Below, piece by piece: positions 13,073 through 25,060 of a DNA stretch of 64,000 bases. The stretch spans positions 29,884,001 to 29,948,000 of the forward strand of contig NC_043006.1 in assembly GCF_006345805.1 (NCBI RefSeq). The letters are read 5' to 3'. The position numbers and the translations under genes are program-made. This DNA comes from Octopus sinensis (lineage: Eukaryota). Position 1 is the first letter of the stretch. The number at the start of each line of letters is the position of its first letter. The notes below the pieces were generated by a model, which made no database searches, had not been told where the DNA came from, and worked only from the letters and a program-made list of their open reading frames with translations.

Positions 13073-13114
<42 letters not shown>

Positions 13115-13330
13115 TAATATATATATATATTATATATATATAATATATATTATATATATAGTTATAAGTATATATATATATATATATAATATATATATAG
13201 TTATAGTATATATATATATTATATATATATATAGTTATAAGTATTATATATATATATATATATATATAGTTATAAGTATATATATATATATATATATAGA
13301 TATATATATATATATATATAGTTGTAGTTA
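12905..13330. repeat. (TA)n array punctuated by recurring GTTATAAG
   Basis: Motif recurs near 12941, 13013, 13066, 13161, 13198, 13233 and 13268. Confidence 0.9.
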
Positions 13331-13420
13331 TATTCCATTAGGAATGTGATAGAGTATAGTTTAAAGTTCGTCCACCTTCAGAATTACCCAGTACTATCGG
13401 TAGTATTGTGTGTGTGTGTG

Positions 13421-13520
<100 letters not shown>

Positions 13521-13761
13521 ATATAACGTTTTTATTTGGTGAGTAAACATCGGAAGATAAAACAATTTTGAAATCAAATTTACTGAATATATTAAACATA
13601 AAAACTAAACCAAAGCTATTTTCAAAATAGAAGCACAAAAAATACCACGCAAAGATAACACAAGAGATAAGACTAGGAAATTATAAAAAAAAAACTTTCT
13701 AACCCATTATTTCGTGAGTTTCATAATAATTGAGAATGTGCTGCATTCTTTTTTTCGCAGT

Positions 13762-13944
13762 AGTTGTGTGGTATGACGTTTGGTTACCAACCACATGGTT
13801 TCAGGTTCAGTCCCACTGTGGTGGCACCTTGGGCAAGTGTCTTCTATAGTCCTGGGCTTACCATAGCCTTGTGATGGAAACTAAAAGAAGCCCGGCGTAT
13901 ATATGTATATGTTTGCGTGTGCGTGTATGTTGCGTGCGTGTATG

Positions 13945-13997
<53 letters not shown>

Positions 13998-14228
13998 CGT
14001 GTGTGTGTGTGAGTGTGTGTGTGTGTGTGTTTGATCACCGCTTGACAACCGGTGTTTCTGTGTTAACGTTCCCGTAAACTAGACGTTCGGCAAAAGAGGT
14101 CGATAGAATAAGTATTAGACTTAAAAATGAAAAATAAGTCTTGGGGTCGACTTGTTCGACAAAAATTCTTCAAAGCAGTGCCCCAGTATGGTCGCAGTCT
14201 AGTGACTGAAACACGAACAGATAAATAT
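13762..14228 (+). mobile_element. tRNA-derived SINE with internal (TG)n
   Basis: Head GGTTCAGTCCCACTG...CCTTGGGCAAGTGTCTTCTA, internal microsatellite, 3' part CTTGACAACCGGTG...GGGGTCGACTTGTTCGAC. Confidence 0.8.
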
Positions 14229-14639
14229 GGAATTTCTGCTCCACTGATTTTCTCTTATAGTATTTCTTCGTTTTTCCAGTGTCCGTTTTTCAACTGTTTA
14301 TTTATTTATTTTTTTCCAAAATTTCTAAAAGTTCCTTAATCAATTTGATGAATGACTGATGACAATCTTTACGATTGTTTGTCAAGGATGCACCTTGCAA
14401 AACTGCCTCAAAAACAAACTGTGGAGATTGGGATTTGAGCCGAAGATCTGGGTGTCCACTCTGAATAGCCTTCCTCCTTGTTGACCGCCATCGGGGAACC
14501 CGTTTTGTCGCATAATTATTTAAAAGAAAGAAGTACGTTTAAAACAAATGCAATGACAGCAATGATGAGAATCTTCAACGCAAATTTATTTAATATTTTT
14601 GTTGCAAACTCTTTTCTGAATGGAGGGAAATATTGAGAA

Positions 14640-15060
14640 AGATCGAGCAGGGAGAATTTTTTTTTCTTTTCGTTTACTTTAAGAAAATTGTTCCAATACC
14701 ATTAATTGTTGCTAGCTCAAAATCTATTGCAATTATGTTTGGTAATAACGTGAGATCTATGGATTCCAGTTCTGAGACAAATTTGATGTTACTCTCATCA
14801 GTTCTTCTGACTATTGAGACACAGACAAGACGTAAATCGTTACCGTTCGTGGTAACGTGTGTTGTATAAAACTGATTAATGGTGAAACAGTTTTAAAAGT
14901 TCCATACACCGAGCAATATTTTGCATAAGATAAAAACTGAAGGTTTCTGATCCATCATCTCAGTCGAATAGACGTAGAAACTAATTCCAGCCGAGATAAA
15001 TCCTCTGAATTGGAAGATGAGCTAGTCAAATTTCGAGTCTTTACGATATTCCCTTACAAG
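14640..15060 (-). mobile_element. MULE (Mutator-like) transposase relic
   Basis: Minus translation gives YGTFKTVSPL (degenerate DGTFK) followed by LLPNIIAIDFELATINGIGTIF (DFE..A motif), with frameshifts. Confidence 0.6.
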
Positions 15061-15397
15061 AAGAAGGTTATTAGCAGTTAACCCATGAGAAATTTGGACA
15101 AAGAACACTGACAACTCAGGAAACCCCTCAATTCACCGTAACTTGTGTTACAATAAAATTATGTTTCATGAGTTGTAAGGGCTTTCTCGGGTGTTTCATC
15201 CACCAGTGACTTTAATACCAATGATATTGGTTTCAAATTTTGACAATGCTAACACTTTCGGGAAAAAAGGGAGTCGGTGTGTGCGTGTAGATATGTATAT
15301 ATCTACATGCACGTACACATGTGTGTATATATGCATTTATGTATGTATGCATGCATGCATGCATGCACGTACGTATGTATGTATGCATGTATGTATG

Positions 15398-16395
15398 TCA
15401 TTATTCAGTTTTATTTCAAGACTTCTTGCCCATAGAGAAAGAATCGGTTTCTGACCTAGATCCACGGCTCCGTCATTGGAATTTCAACAATACCAACAAG
15501 GTATTTTTGTATGTATGTATGTATGTATGTATGTATGTATGTATGTATGTATGTATGTATGTATGTATGTATGTATGTATGCATGTGTGTATACATGCAG
15601 ATTTGTATGTTTTGCTTTATGTATGTCTTCTCATATATATATTTGCATATCTAGACATGCTCATATATATTTAAATGATAAACTTCTGAAAAGTTTTACA
15701 GATTTTTACATTTCCAATGACGGATTGGGTCTGTAGTCTTTGAATTAGCTTTCTCCTTTCTGTTTTGAGAAGACTAATTTCTCAAGATTAGTATGGTATT
15801 TAGGCAGTGTGTTACATATCCCAGGGCCCCAATAATTACCTGAACTTGTAATCTGAATAGTGTAGCAGAGGATTTCTCAATAGTTTAGCGTAGTTATTCT
15901 CCTTTTCACTGATCTTCAGCTTTATGTTAACATCTGCTGGACAGCTGATTTCCACAACTGTACACAGTTTCTCTTCTCTATCCCAAATCATTATACCAGG
16001 TGTATTGTGTTTACATTTTTTGAGGTTTTCACTGGGACATTCCACCAATACTCTTTTATTATGAGTGGCTATTGCTTCCACCATGCTGTGAGTTTTTATA
16101 TCTTTGTTGTTGGGGGTTATCCTTTCGACGGATCTCGTTATACAGTGTTCTAGCTTCAACATCATGTCTCATCAGTAGATAATACTGTGATGACATTTTT
16201 GGACAACTGCTTATGATGTGGGGGATATCTTCGGTGTTAATACCACAAAGTCTGCATCGGTTGTCACATTTTACTGCTTTCCTGCATCTCTGTTCCTTTT
16301 GTGCATCAGGTATTTGGATGATATTTCCTGTTCCTGGATTGCAAACCCTAACCCTTCAAAGTGGGAAGTAGTAATCTGGTTGATGGTCCACGATG
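15398..16395 (-). mobile_element. R4/Dong-clade RLE LINE, 5'-truncated, copy 1
   Basis: FEGLGFAIQEQEI, CCHC knuckle CRLCGINTEDIPHI, RHD motif and RLE HNTPGIMIWDREEKLCTVVEISCPAD. Flanked by (TATG)n on both sides. Confidence 0.85.
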
Positions 16396-17441
16396 TGTAT
16401 GTATGTATGTATGTATGTATGTATGTATGTGTATGTATGTGTGTATGTATGTGTGTGTATGTATGCGCGTGTATGTATGCATGTGCGTGTTTGTATGCAT
16501 GTATGTATGCATGCCTGTCCCCTTGTGTTCTCGTTGTTTACAGAAGTGATGTATACGAACCTAGGCTACCTATTGACACCCTAACCGACTGAGCTACTTA
16601 CTGAACGTCTTATCCATGGATACAGCTTAGTACCACTGATAAGATTCGAACTATTCACAGTTCGTTTAGTAGTTCCCATCCACTCAGCTCAATGCAACTC
16701 TGAAATACAGTCTCGTGATTATTCCATCTGTTCCACGAAACTAGATTACTACTACTACTACTGCTGCTACTACTACTACTACTACTGTTGCTACTACTAC
16801 TAGAATGCCAACAGTAAGAACTCTAATATACACAAGTACAAAACATTTAAAATATTAAGCCCATCTTAATTACTTTTCAGCGTCTCTAGGGACGCATCCC
16901 TCCTAATGACAAAAACAGAATTGTTTGCTTTCAAATTTCAAAGAAAAAATATGCATAAAAATACATCCAAAACAAATACAAAAACTAAAACCGCCAGCCC
17001 CACCACCACCACCCTCACTGTGTGTCGAACTCATTAACCCAGTCAGCCATTTTCCCCTCCAATTTATTTTATATCTTGTTTCAATCATCTACATTGTTTT
17101 TCCCTTCTGTCTAAATACAAAAAACTAGCTTTTCCCTTCACACACGTTGAAGCTTTAACTGAAGTCGCAGCTTTTAATGAAAACCTCCTCCATTTCACTT
17201 GATTACGGTCTTCCACTTGGCCATGACTACAAGCTTTCAATTCTCGCCTATAAACGAGCGAGAATAAATGTTGCCTGATTGAAGACACGCAAGTGTGTCT
17301 CTAGAAAAACGTGTATGCATGTTTGCATGTGGCTACAAATATGTATGTACAAATGCTTTTATATATATATTTACATAATATCGAGGTCTCTTTCATTCCT
17401 TTGTTGTCTTACCATTTTTATCAATATATATGTATATATAT

Positions 17442-17509
<68 letters not shown>

Positions 17510-17529
17510 AGGCAATGTTAGTCATGGCC

Positions 17530-18875
17530 GGTTCATAGGATTACCCCAAGGTTTCACATCCATAAAACGCCTAACTTTACATACGTCTTGTCAGACCCTA
17601 ATGGTCGGTGGCTATAATCTCTCTTCAAATTGGAGGGGGGAAAAAGGCCTTGTGGCTAGTTATCGAACACGCAAAGGTCAAGCGCATGGGATTGTCTCCC
17701 TTAGACCACTATTCGGAATCCCAGGATTTCAGTAGGAATCAGCTGAAGCATAAATAAGATCCGAAGACTTCCATCTTGGAATTTAAGATGTTCCCCGGGC
17801 CGTTCTGCTATGCACAGCTCACAACATTTACTCCCGTTGATGTAGGGACCCGATTTTTCTTGAAGTTTCCTGTGATTACATGTGGAATCCCTTTGTCCTT
17901 CAGGCGCCTTTCCGGGACCCTAAAAGAGAATTTGTAGTTGGAGAGGTGCTGCTTGAAGGTGTTTCCTGAACATCCAATTTCCGAATACTGATGTTGGAGT
18001 CGCTGTTTCTGTTAATGTTGTTGACGCTGCTACTTCCGTTGTTGTTGGTGTCATATATGCTGCCACAGGGAACATCATCGATGGTGAAGTTGGTGTTGAT
18101 GCTGTTGTTGTTGTCATTGTTGGTGTCTCCGTTGGTGCTGCTATAACCATCGTCGTTGTTGGAGTTGTTGTCGGCGCCTATAGTGGTTGTTGTTGTTGTC
18201 TAGCATTATCACCAACGATGGTGTTGCTGCTATTTCTGCTACAAGGGTCAGATACTACCTCAGCCTTGTATACGACCACCTTGGTTTCGAACTGGCCTCC
18301 CACTAGACATCTGCTGTAGTCGCTGCATGAGCATCTCGCCTCTGCTCGTGCTCTAGGGGTGTTAACTAAAATACTCTTAATATTGTGGGCGCAGCTCAAA
18401 GAGACCCTTAGGTTGTCTGTTGAATAGGCGTCCGTACCTGTGTGATTGTGTAAAGTTCTTATCTACTAGCCTAAGGAATATCCTACCTACACACGTTTTT
18501 ACGTTGAGTAAGAAGGGGAAAGGACGAACCAAACGATATTTCGGTAGCGCTTCCTTCTTCGGGTGTTAGGGTCCGGCATGTAGGTGATGCGGTTCTTAAA
18601 CCCACTAGCAACTAGGGTCAGGTCATAGTAGGAGGTCGCCACGTTAAAAATGTCTTGCTAGAAGAAAGATTCGAGATCCTCTTGTTGACACCCTTCACCA
18701 GGTTTCTAAACATGATAGGTGGGTAACAAAAGGCTTGCGTTTGGCTTGCGGTAAGGCCTGTATCTACCGGAGCCTAAGTCGAGCGTGACGTCTAAGAAGT
18801 TTGCGGTGTCTTTAAATAATCTACTGCTCTATAACTTAGAGTGTATTTCTCTTTCGGATTTATGATTCACTGACT
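17530..18875 (-). mobile_element. Neptune-type Penelope-like element relic (RT C-terminus, Cys linker, GIY-YIG, terminal hammerhead)
   Basis: NFLDVTLDLGSGRYRPYRKPN, RCSCSDYSRC...KVVVYKAEV, IGCSGNTFKQHLSNYKFSFR, GPYINGSKCCELCIAE and NILNSKMEVF, across several frameshifts. Confidence 0.85.
17536..17600 (-). ncRNA. Degenerate type I hammerhead (G8A)
   Basis: UAGGGU-CUGACAA-...-GAAACCUUGGGGUA-AUCCUA. Paralogous to 18976-19037. Confidence 0.5.
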
Positions 18876-18959
18876 ATATATATATATATATATATCGTTT
18901 TTAGAATAACATAAATCTGGAGAAGCACACTCTGAGAAGTACAATCTATATTTTTTCCT

Positions 18960-19900
18960 AGTGAAAGCTGGTTTTGGGGATTACCCTGGGTTTCCCGCCC
19001 ATAAAGAGTTTAACTTTATGGCATATCGTCAGACCCCAAGACCTGTTGGCCTATGAACTCTTTAAAATATGGAAAGGAAAAGTCTGGATTATCTCCCTCT
19101 GCCAATGACTATCGACTTCCGGTTGAACTGCCATCGTTCAGCTGGGAGGGTAAACAATAGATTATCTCCCTCTCCCGTTAGCTATCAACTTCCGGCGGTT
19201 CCCAAAAGGCCAGCAGAAATCTCCTAAAATGCAAACATGGCTCGAAAATCTCCGTTCTAGAGTTAAGTATAGCCCCTGACTCGAGTGAGTCTCTTAGGAT
19301 TGCAGCGTTTCGTCCTGTTGGTGTAGGGGCCTGGGTTTTCGGAGATTTTCCATGAGGTCGTGTGTGGAACTCCATCGTCTTTTGGTTGCCAAACATGGCT
19401 GGCCAGCAATGTTACATATCTCCTTTCCGTGACTCTGAAGGAGGATCGATGGTTGGAAAAACGTTTCTTGAATGAATTTCCGGTGCCACAAATATATTTA
19501 CGTGGACGTACGATGTCGGTGCTGATGTAGATTGATGTCGAAATTAATCTACAAACATTATTTTTGACCACCGATCCCACAGAAACATCTGTTGGATTCG
19601 TAGTACCTCCCTTCAACCCCTTTAATTCTCTATAGGGCTCTCTTTCCTCAAAAGTCCGGAAATGTATGACACGTTTTCAACGTGCAATCTGATGTGGAAT
19701 GACCTTTTCTAATGTACGTCTATTGACCGCTAATATCCCCGAAACCTAAAACCCTTCTCTACCAATCAATTCACTTTTGTCTATTGACCTTAACAGTCTT
19801 TATGGCAATGCCTAAAACCAAAAATTATCCGCCGTGAATTTGAACGGGGATACACTTCCTTTATTGATCCTAATTAGGTTTCGACCAAAAAACATAGTTT
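18960..19900 (-). mobile_element. Second Neptune-type Penelope-like element relic (GIY-YIG plus 3' end)
   Basis: ORF 19263-19616 RKYICGTGNSFKKRFSNHRSSFR...GPYTNRTKRC continues in the overlapping frame as ILNSRTEIFEPCLH. Confidence 0.85.
18976..19037 (-). ncRNA. Type I hammerhead ribozyme, canonical core
   Basis: GGGGU-CUGACGA-[CCAUAAAG/CUUUAUGG stem II]-GAAA-CCC-A-GGG-UA-AUCCCC. All core nucleotides are present, with a GUA site. Confidence 0.75.
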
Positions 19901-21442
19901 CAATGCTTCAGAGATTTGGCCACTCTTCTTATATACAACATTCTAGCTTAAGCAACAAATATACGTACATTAAATATTATTTCCTGATACACAACCCTAA
20001 TGTTATGTAAATTTATTTTTGATGATCTAAAGTGACTTTGTTAATTTTAATTTATCATTTATTATAATTATATTTAATGGCAAAGGTTTAGGAAACTGTT
20101 TAATAAAAAGAGTACACAATAAAATGTTTCTTAGCTGCTTAAAAATGCTGATTTCATTAAATGGGTTTCTTAAATTCTAATGAAAACCCAACAACGTTCA
20201 AAGACATATTTATATTTTTGCTTTCAAACAGTTGATATGCACCCCGTCAATTACCTCGATCTATTAGCATGCGCGAGCAATAGCATATACATATTCACAT
20301 ACATTGCGCGCCAGCACATGCAAAATTTCCCATTTAGTAGTTTCCGCCATTTCGCTTACCGCCAAGAACGTTAAGATACGCTTCTTCAGTTAAAACACAA
20401 AAGAAGCCTTACTTTGTAGTTTTATAGAAATCCCTCATATGAAGATCTAGACCTTCAACAATACCCAGGAGACATTGTCAAAATCCATCAACCGAAAAAA
20501 TTCAGTAGCATAGCTTGAGGGAGTAAACCCAACAGACCTCGATAACACGGGGATAAAACTGAATTGACTACTACCTTAGAAGGTTTCAGCACAATACCGC
20601 CAGGCAGTCTTTCGGGTGAGACCCCCAGAGCAAAAGGAAGAGAGTAAGATCAAAGAATACCAGGCGACATAATTCATAGAATGAAGTGAGATCTAAATGG
20701 AGGTGGAGATAATTGGCGAGTAAATGCCAAGAAGGGGAAAATAGAGAGAGATTGTTAATGGGTGATATCTACGAATCTAAGATTCAATCATTTCCTCAAC
20801 TCAGATTGCGTCTGAAATTCCCCTTTAGTAATAGCAGCCACTTCTCCCTTATTTACATTATTATAATGAAGAAGAAGCCATCTTTGCTATAGAATGCCTT
20901 AGTTTTCTCTATAACCTTACAAACGAAGTCATGTCTCTTTGAACGGACAACATCACGTGACTCAGCGAGAGCGTTCCTTATCTGGCAAAGAAATCATTCG
21001 ACATAAATAACAAACAAAAATGCACTTGGTGACATTTCCTCGTTGTCATATTGCTGAGTTCTATCTAAAAAAGGATTATTCCTAATGGACTCCTATCCCA
21101 TTTAGTAATCAGAATTAGATTAGTGGAGAATTAATTATCTCCAGAAAATATCGGGTCGTATCGGTGCTTTCACACTTATTGGTTTTAACATCGTTATTTC
21201 CCGAAGAATGCAACCCTAAGCAATGCGCCCCCACTCAGGCCATCATTAAAAACTAATATTAAATAATGATTTCATTATTTGCCTCACAGACAACAAGTCA
21301 TTACAATTCAGTACAATACAGTTCAGTATAATACAATGATGGAAAACAACAAAAAATAAACAAAAAATTGCATATATACATATATACACGAACACATATA
21401 CACACATATATACATGATATATATGTGCGTATGTACATACAT

Positions 21443-21492
<50 letters not shown>

Positions 21493-21496
21493 ATAT

Positions 21497-22985
21497 ATCA
21501 CCTTGATCACTTTAACTGACCAGTCTGTCGGGCGTCCATTTAACACCGCAGGTAACAGCACGTTGTCCACTCCTCTCTGGATCGCGCCTTCCTCATCCAC
21601 GTGGTCCCAATCGCCCTCCTAAAACCGCAACTCCACCGTCGTGGAGGCCTTCCGAGTGGTCGTTTCCGCTCGCGCGTGTACCACTCGACAACTGCGTGGG
21701 TCCACCGATTATCAGTGAGCCGGGCGACGTGTCCAGCCCATCTAAACTTGCTTCGTGTATATTCTACGATGACATCCCTCACGCCGGACTTCTTTCTGAT
21801 GACCTCGTTACTGATGTGCTCTCTCAATGAGATTCCAAGCATTGACCTCTCCATGGCTCTTTGAGCCGTTACCAATCTCTGCCTCTTCTCTTTGTTGTAG
21901 CCCATGTTTCACTACCATATAACACAGCAGGTAGAACTGTGCTATTGATGAGGTTGGCGCGGGTGGTCCTGTCCAACCTTCCCTTGAGCACATCACTTGT
22001 GCCATTAAACGCCTTCTATCCGGCCTTAACTCTCCGCGAGATCTCCTTTTCGATGTCTCGGCACATATTCACTTTCTGTCCCAGGTAGACATATTCCTTT
22101 ACCTCCTCTATTTCATCACTGCCGACCACCATTCGACCTGTTAGTACGTTGTCGAAACGTATGAAAACAAAGTTCATGCGGTTCATCTTGAGACCTACTG
22201 CAGAGCTTTTGATGTCGAGCTCCGTCAGCATGGTCTGAAGCTGATCTGTGGTTTCAGCGATGATTACGATGTCATCAGCGAAACAGAGGTGGGTGAGTAG
22301 CTCGCCAATGATGTTGACACCGCCTTGCCAGTCGATGCCTCTGATGATCTGCTCGAGACATGCGGTGAAAAGTTTTGGAGAGATTGTATCTCCTTGCTTC
22401 ACTCCCTTCTCGACCGGCACTCGTACGGGTGATGGCAGCAGAGCAATGTCGGTGGTGCATCCGGAATTTGCCTCCCTGAGCAATTGCACATATTGCGCCT
22501 CGACTCCTTGCCTCTGCAGCGAGTTCAGCACTGCGTTGGTTTCGACGCTGTCGAATGCTTTCTTATAGTCACCAAACGCAACGCAAAGAGGCAGCTTGTA
22601 CTCATTCACTCGCTCAAGCAGTTGTGTTAGAATAAATATATGGTCCATCGTTCTGTAGTTCTTCCGGAAACCGGCTTGCTCCCTCGGTTGTTGCTCGTCG
22701 AGATGACGTGACAACCTGTTCAGAATTATCTTTGTGAACAATTTGTACACGTGAGACAGCAGGCATATGGGTCGGTAGCTCTTTAGATCTTCTCTATCGC
22801 CCTTTTTATATAGCAGGGTGATATTTGACTCTTTCCACTGGAAGGGAATTCTTCCCTCGTCTAGATAGTGCGTGAATCGCTCAGCGAGGATTTTCCAGAG
22901 CTGGTTTCTGCCTGACTTTAACACCTCCGATGTTCTACTGTCTTTCCCTTGTGCCTTTCCGTTTTTCATCAAGCCGATGGCTCTT
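21497..22985 (-). mobile_element. RTE-clade LINE, 5'-truncated, young
   Basis: RT motifs YRPICLL, QAGFR, DYKKAFDSV, QGDTISP and FADD, plus thumb RWAGHVAR. The 3' end abuts (TA)n. Confidence 0.95.
21540..22972 (-). pseudogene. Disrupted RTE reverse transcriptase ORF
   Basis: ORF 22016-22972 stops at a TAG where TGG (KAG-W-KAF) is expected. The frame continues, then shifts near 21885 into ORF 21540-21905. Confidence 0.9.
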
Positions 22986-23069
22986 TCTTATATATATTTA
23001 TTTAAGGTAGTTTAGAGCCATTTGCCGTCTTCTTTCAGCATGTGCTTGTGTACTTATTCGCTTGCCCTG

Positions 23070-23141
<72 letters not shown>

Positions 23142-23399
23142 GGATTATATAGGTGCTCTTAAGTTAGATATGTCAAACTTAATGGCCCAAACCTATCAAA
23201 GTAGAGTGGAACGGCGCCTGATGTGAGTTTTCATCTTCGACAATTTCTCTTTCTCAGAATTTGTGATAAAAACATACATTCTAAATGACAACTGATTATC
23301 AGATACACATGTTTCTACATAATTTATGCTCTTCAGTTATAGATACTACATCTGAAGCTAACTAGGTACGTCTGGTCTTTTACCCACGCGAGTACGCAC

Positions 23400-23400
23400 A

Positions 23401-23460
<60 letters not shown>

Positions 23461-23480
23461 AAATATGCATCTATATAGAT

Positions 23481-23555
<75 letters not shown>

Positions 23556-23573
23556 TATGTGTGTGTGTAAATA

Positions 23574-23622
<49 letters not shown>

Positions 23623-23630
23623 CACACACA
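23400..23630. repeat. Compound (CA)n/(GATA)n/(TA)n microsatellite
   Basis: Read directly. Confidence 0.95.
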
Positions 23631-24529
23631 ACAAGAGATAATATTTGTCTCTTCTAATAGAAACAAAAGGGTTTATAGGACTGCAAAAGAAAGCACTCAA
23701 GTATAAATGAGACGAAGATAAAGAAACATTGGTTATAGAACAAACATTAAATTTGGATCAGCGACTTTACATACAACACCACCCCTCAGAGATGTAATCA
23801 TATATAAAAATGACCATGGTTCACAAACACATAAAATACATATACATAAAATGACAGAAGGTAAAAAGTATATAATCGAATAAAATACAAATAGAACGAT
23901 CAATCAAAAATGTTAAATATAAACGGATACAAATTCAAAAACTACCAAAAAACCTAATAGACAAATGTAAATAAGTAAAGGTAAAAATAAAAATAAAATA
24001 AATATCTACCGACTAAAAAAGTATTATCAGACGATTAAAATATTTGAAAACAATTAAGAGAAAAATTTTTTTTTAATATTTAAAAAAAGTCTTTCACTTC
24101 CCTCATCCAAGTACCTCCAAAGTTCATAAGTAAACAGACCTCCACAGGTCAAATTCACATACATCTTAAAAAAAGCCTTTTACTCCCTCTACATCCAAAA
24201 GTTCACAGGTCAAATTCAACATTCATCTATATCTATGGCCATTCGGGAGCTCACCACAGCAGATTATTTACACTAAAGTGCAACAACGGTATTGACCCGC
24301 CTCATCACGATAAACAGGAAACAGGAGATTACGCACAGATCAAAAAAATTTTTTTAAGAAAAGCTTATATAATTTAAAAGAAAAACCCCTCAACGGACCA
24401 GTCCAAATTTTCTAATAAAAAAAAAGTCTATTGCTAAACATTTAGGTGGCTGTAGTTAACAGAAATTCAACCTCGCCGGTTTCAAATCCCCGTAACGCTA
24501 AGCAATTTTATTACGTCTAATTTTATTTC

Positions 24530-25060
24530 TATACACTTTCAAAAAGGTGGACGAAAACCTATGGTTGCAAAAAAGGATCACCTCAGTAAATCTATTCAAA
24601 GTTTTTGGCCCAAAAGACTTCAGGATGGCAAGGGATTCTTTTACATACAACTTATACTTATTTATATTTACTCTGAAGTAAGGGGCTCTCGAAATAACGG
24701 ACCATTCCAGAGAATAACTCTTATTATTCCTCTTTAGATCGTATAAATAAGATGCAAGTATTTTTCATTTGAAAACAAGCTCATGTAGGCCCTATACCTT
24801 TCCTTAAAATTTACTGTACTATATAAAACTTATCTAAATTATCCTCATCCTTAACAACGCATTTATAAATTACATTAGTAAATGGACAGACCACCCCATC
24901 AAGGGGGCGTAATCCAGGGTTTCTACAATTACATGATTTCCCAGGGCCATCCCTAACCTTATTTCTACTACTAACAGTACTTGTCAGGTTTCCCACATTC
25001 ACTCCTTCACATCTCTCATTACTGGAGTTCGATATACCCGCTGGGAGCAACATATTGGCA
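24530..25060 (-). mobile_element. Neptune-type Penelope-like GIY-YIG endonuclease relic
   Basis: KSCNCRNPGLRPLDGVVCPFTNVIYKCVVKDEDNLDKFYI, then LKRNNKSYSLEWSVISRAPY...KTLNRFTEVILFCNH. An AT-rich 3' region probably extends toward 23.7 kb. Confidence 0.8.

Noticed and set aside
24465-24510. GAAACCGG motif in the 3' region of the 24.5 kb PLE (minus strand)
   Set aside because: No CUGANGA core is recoverable, so it is too degenerate to call.
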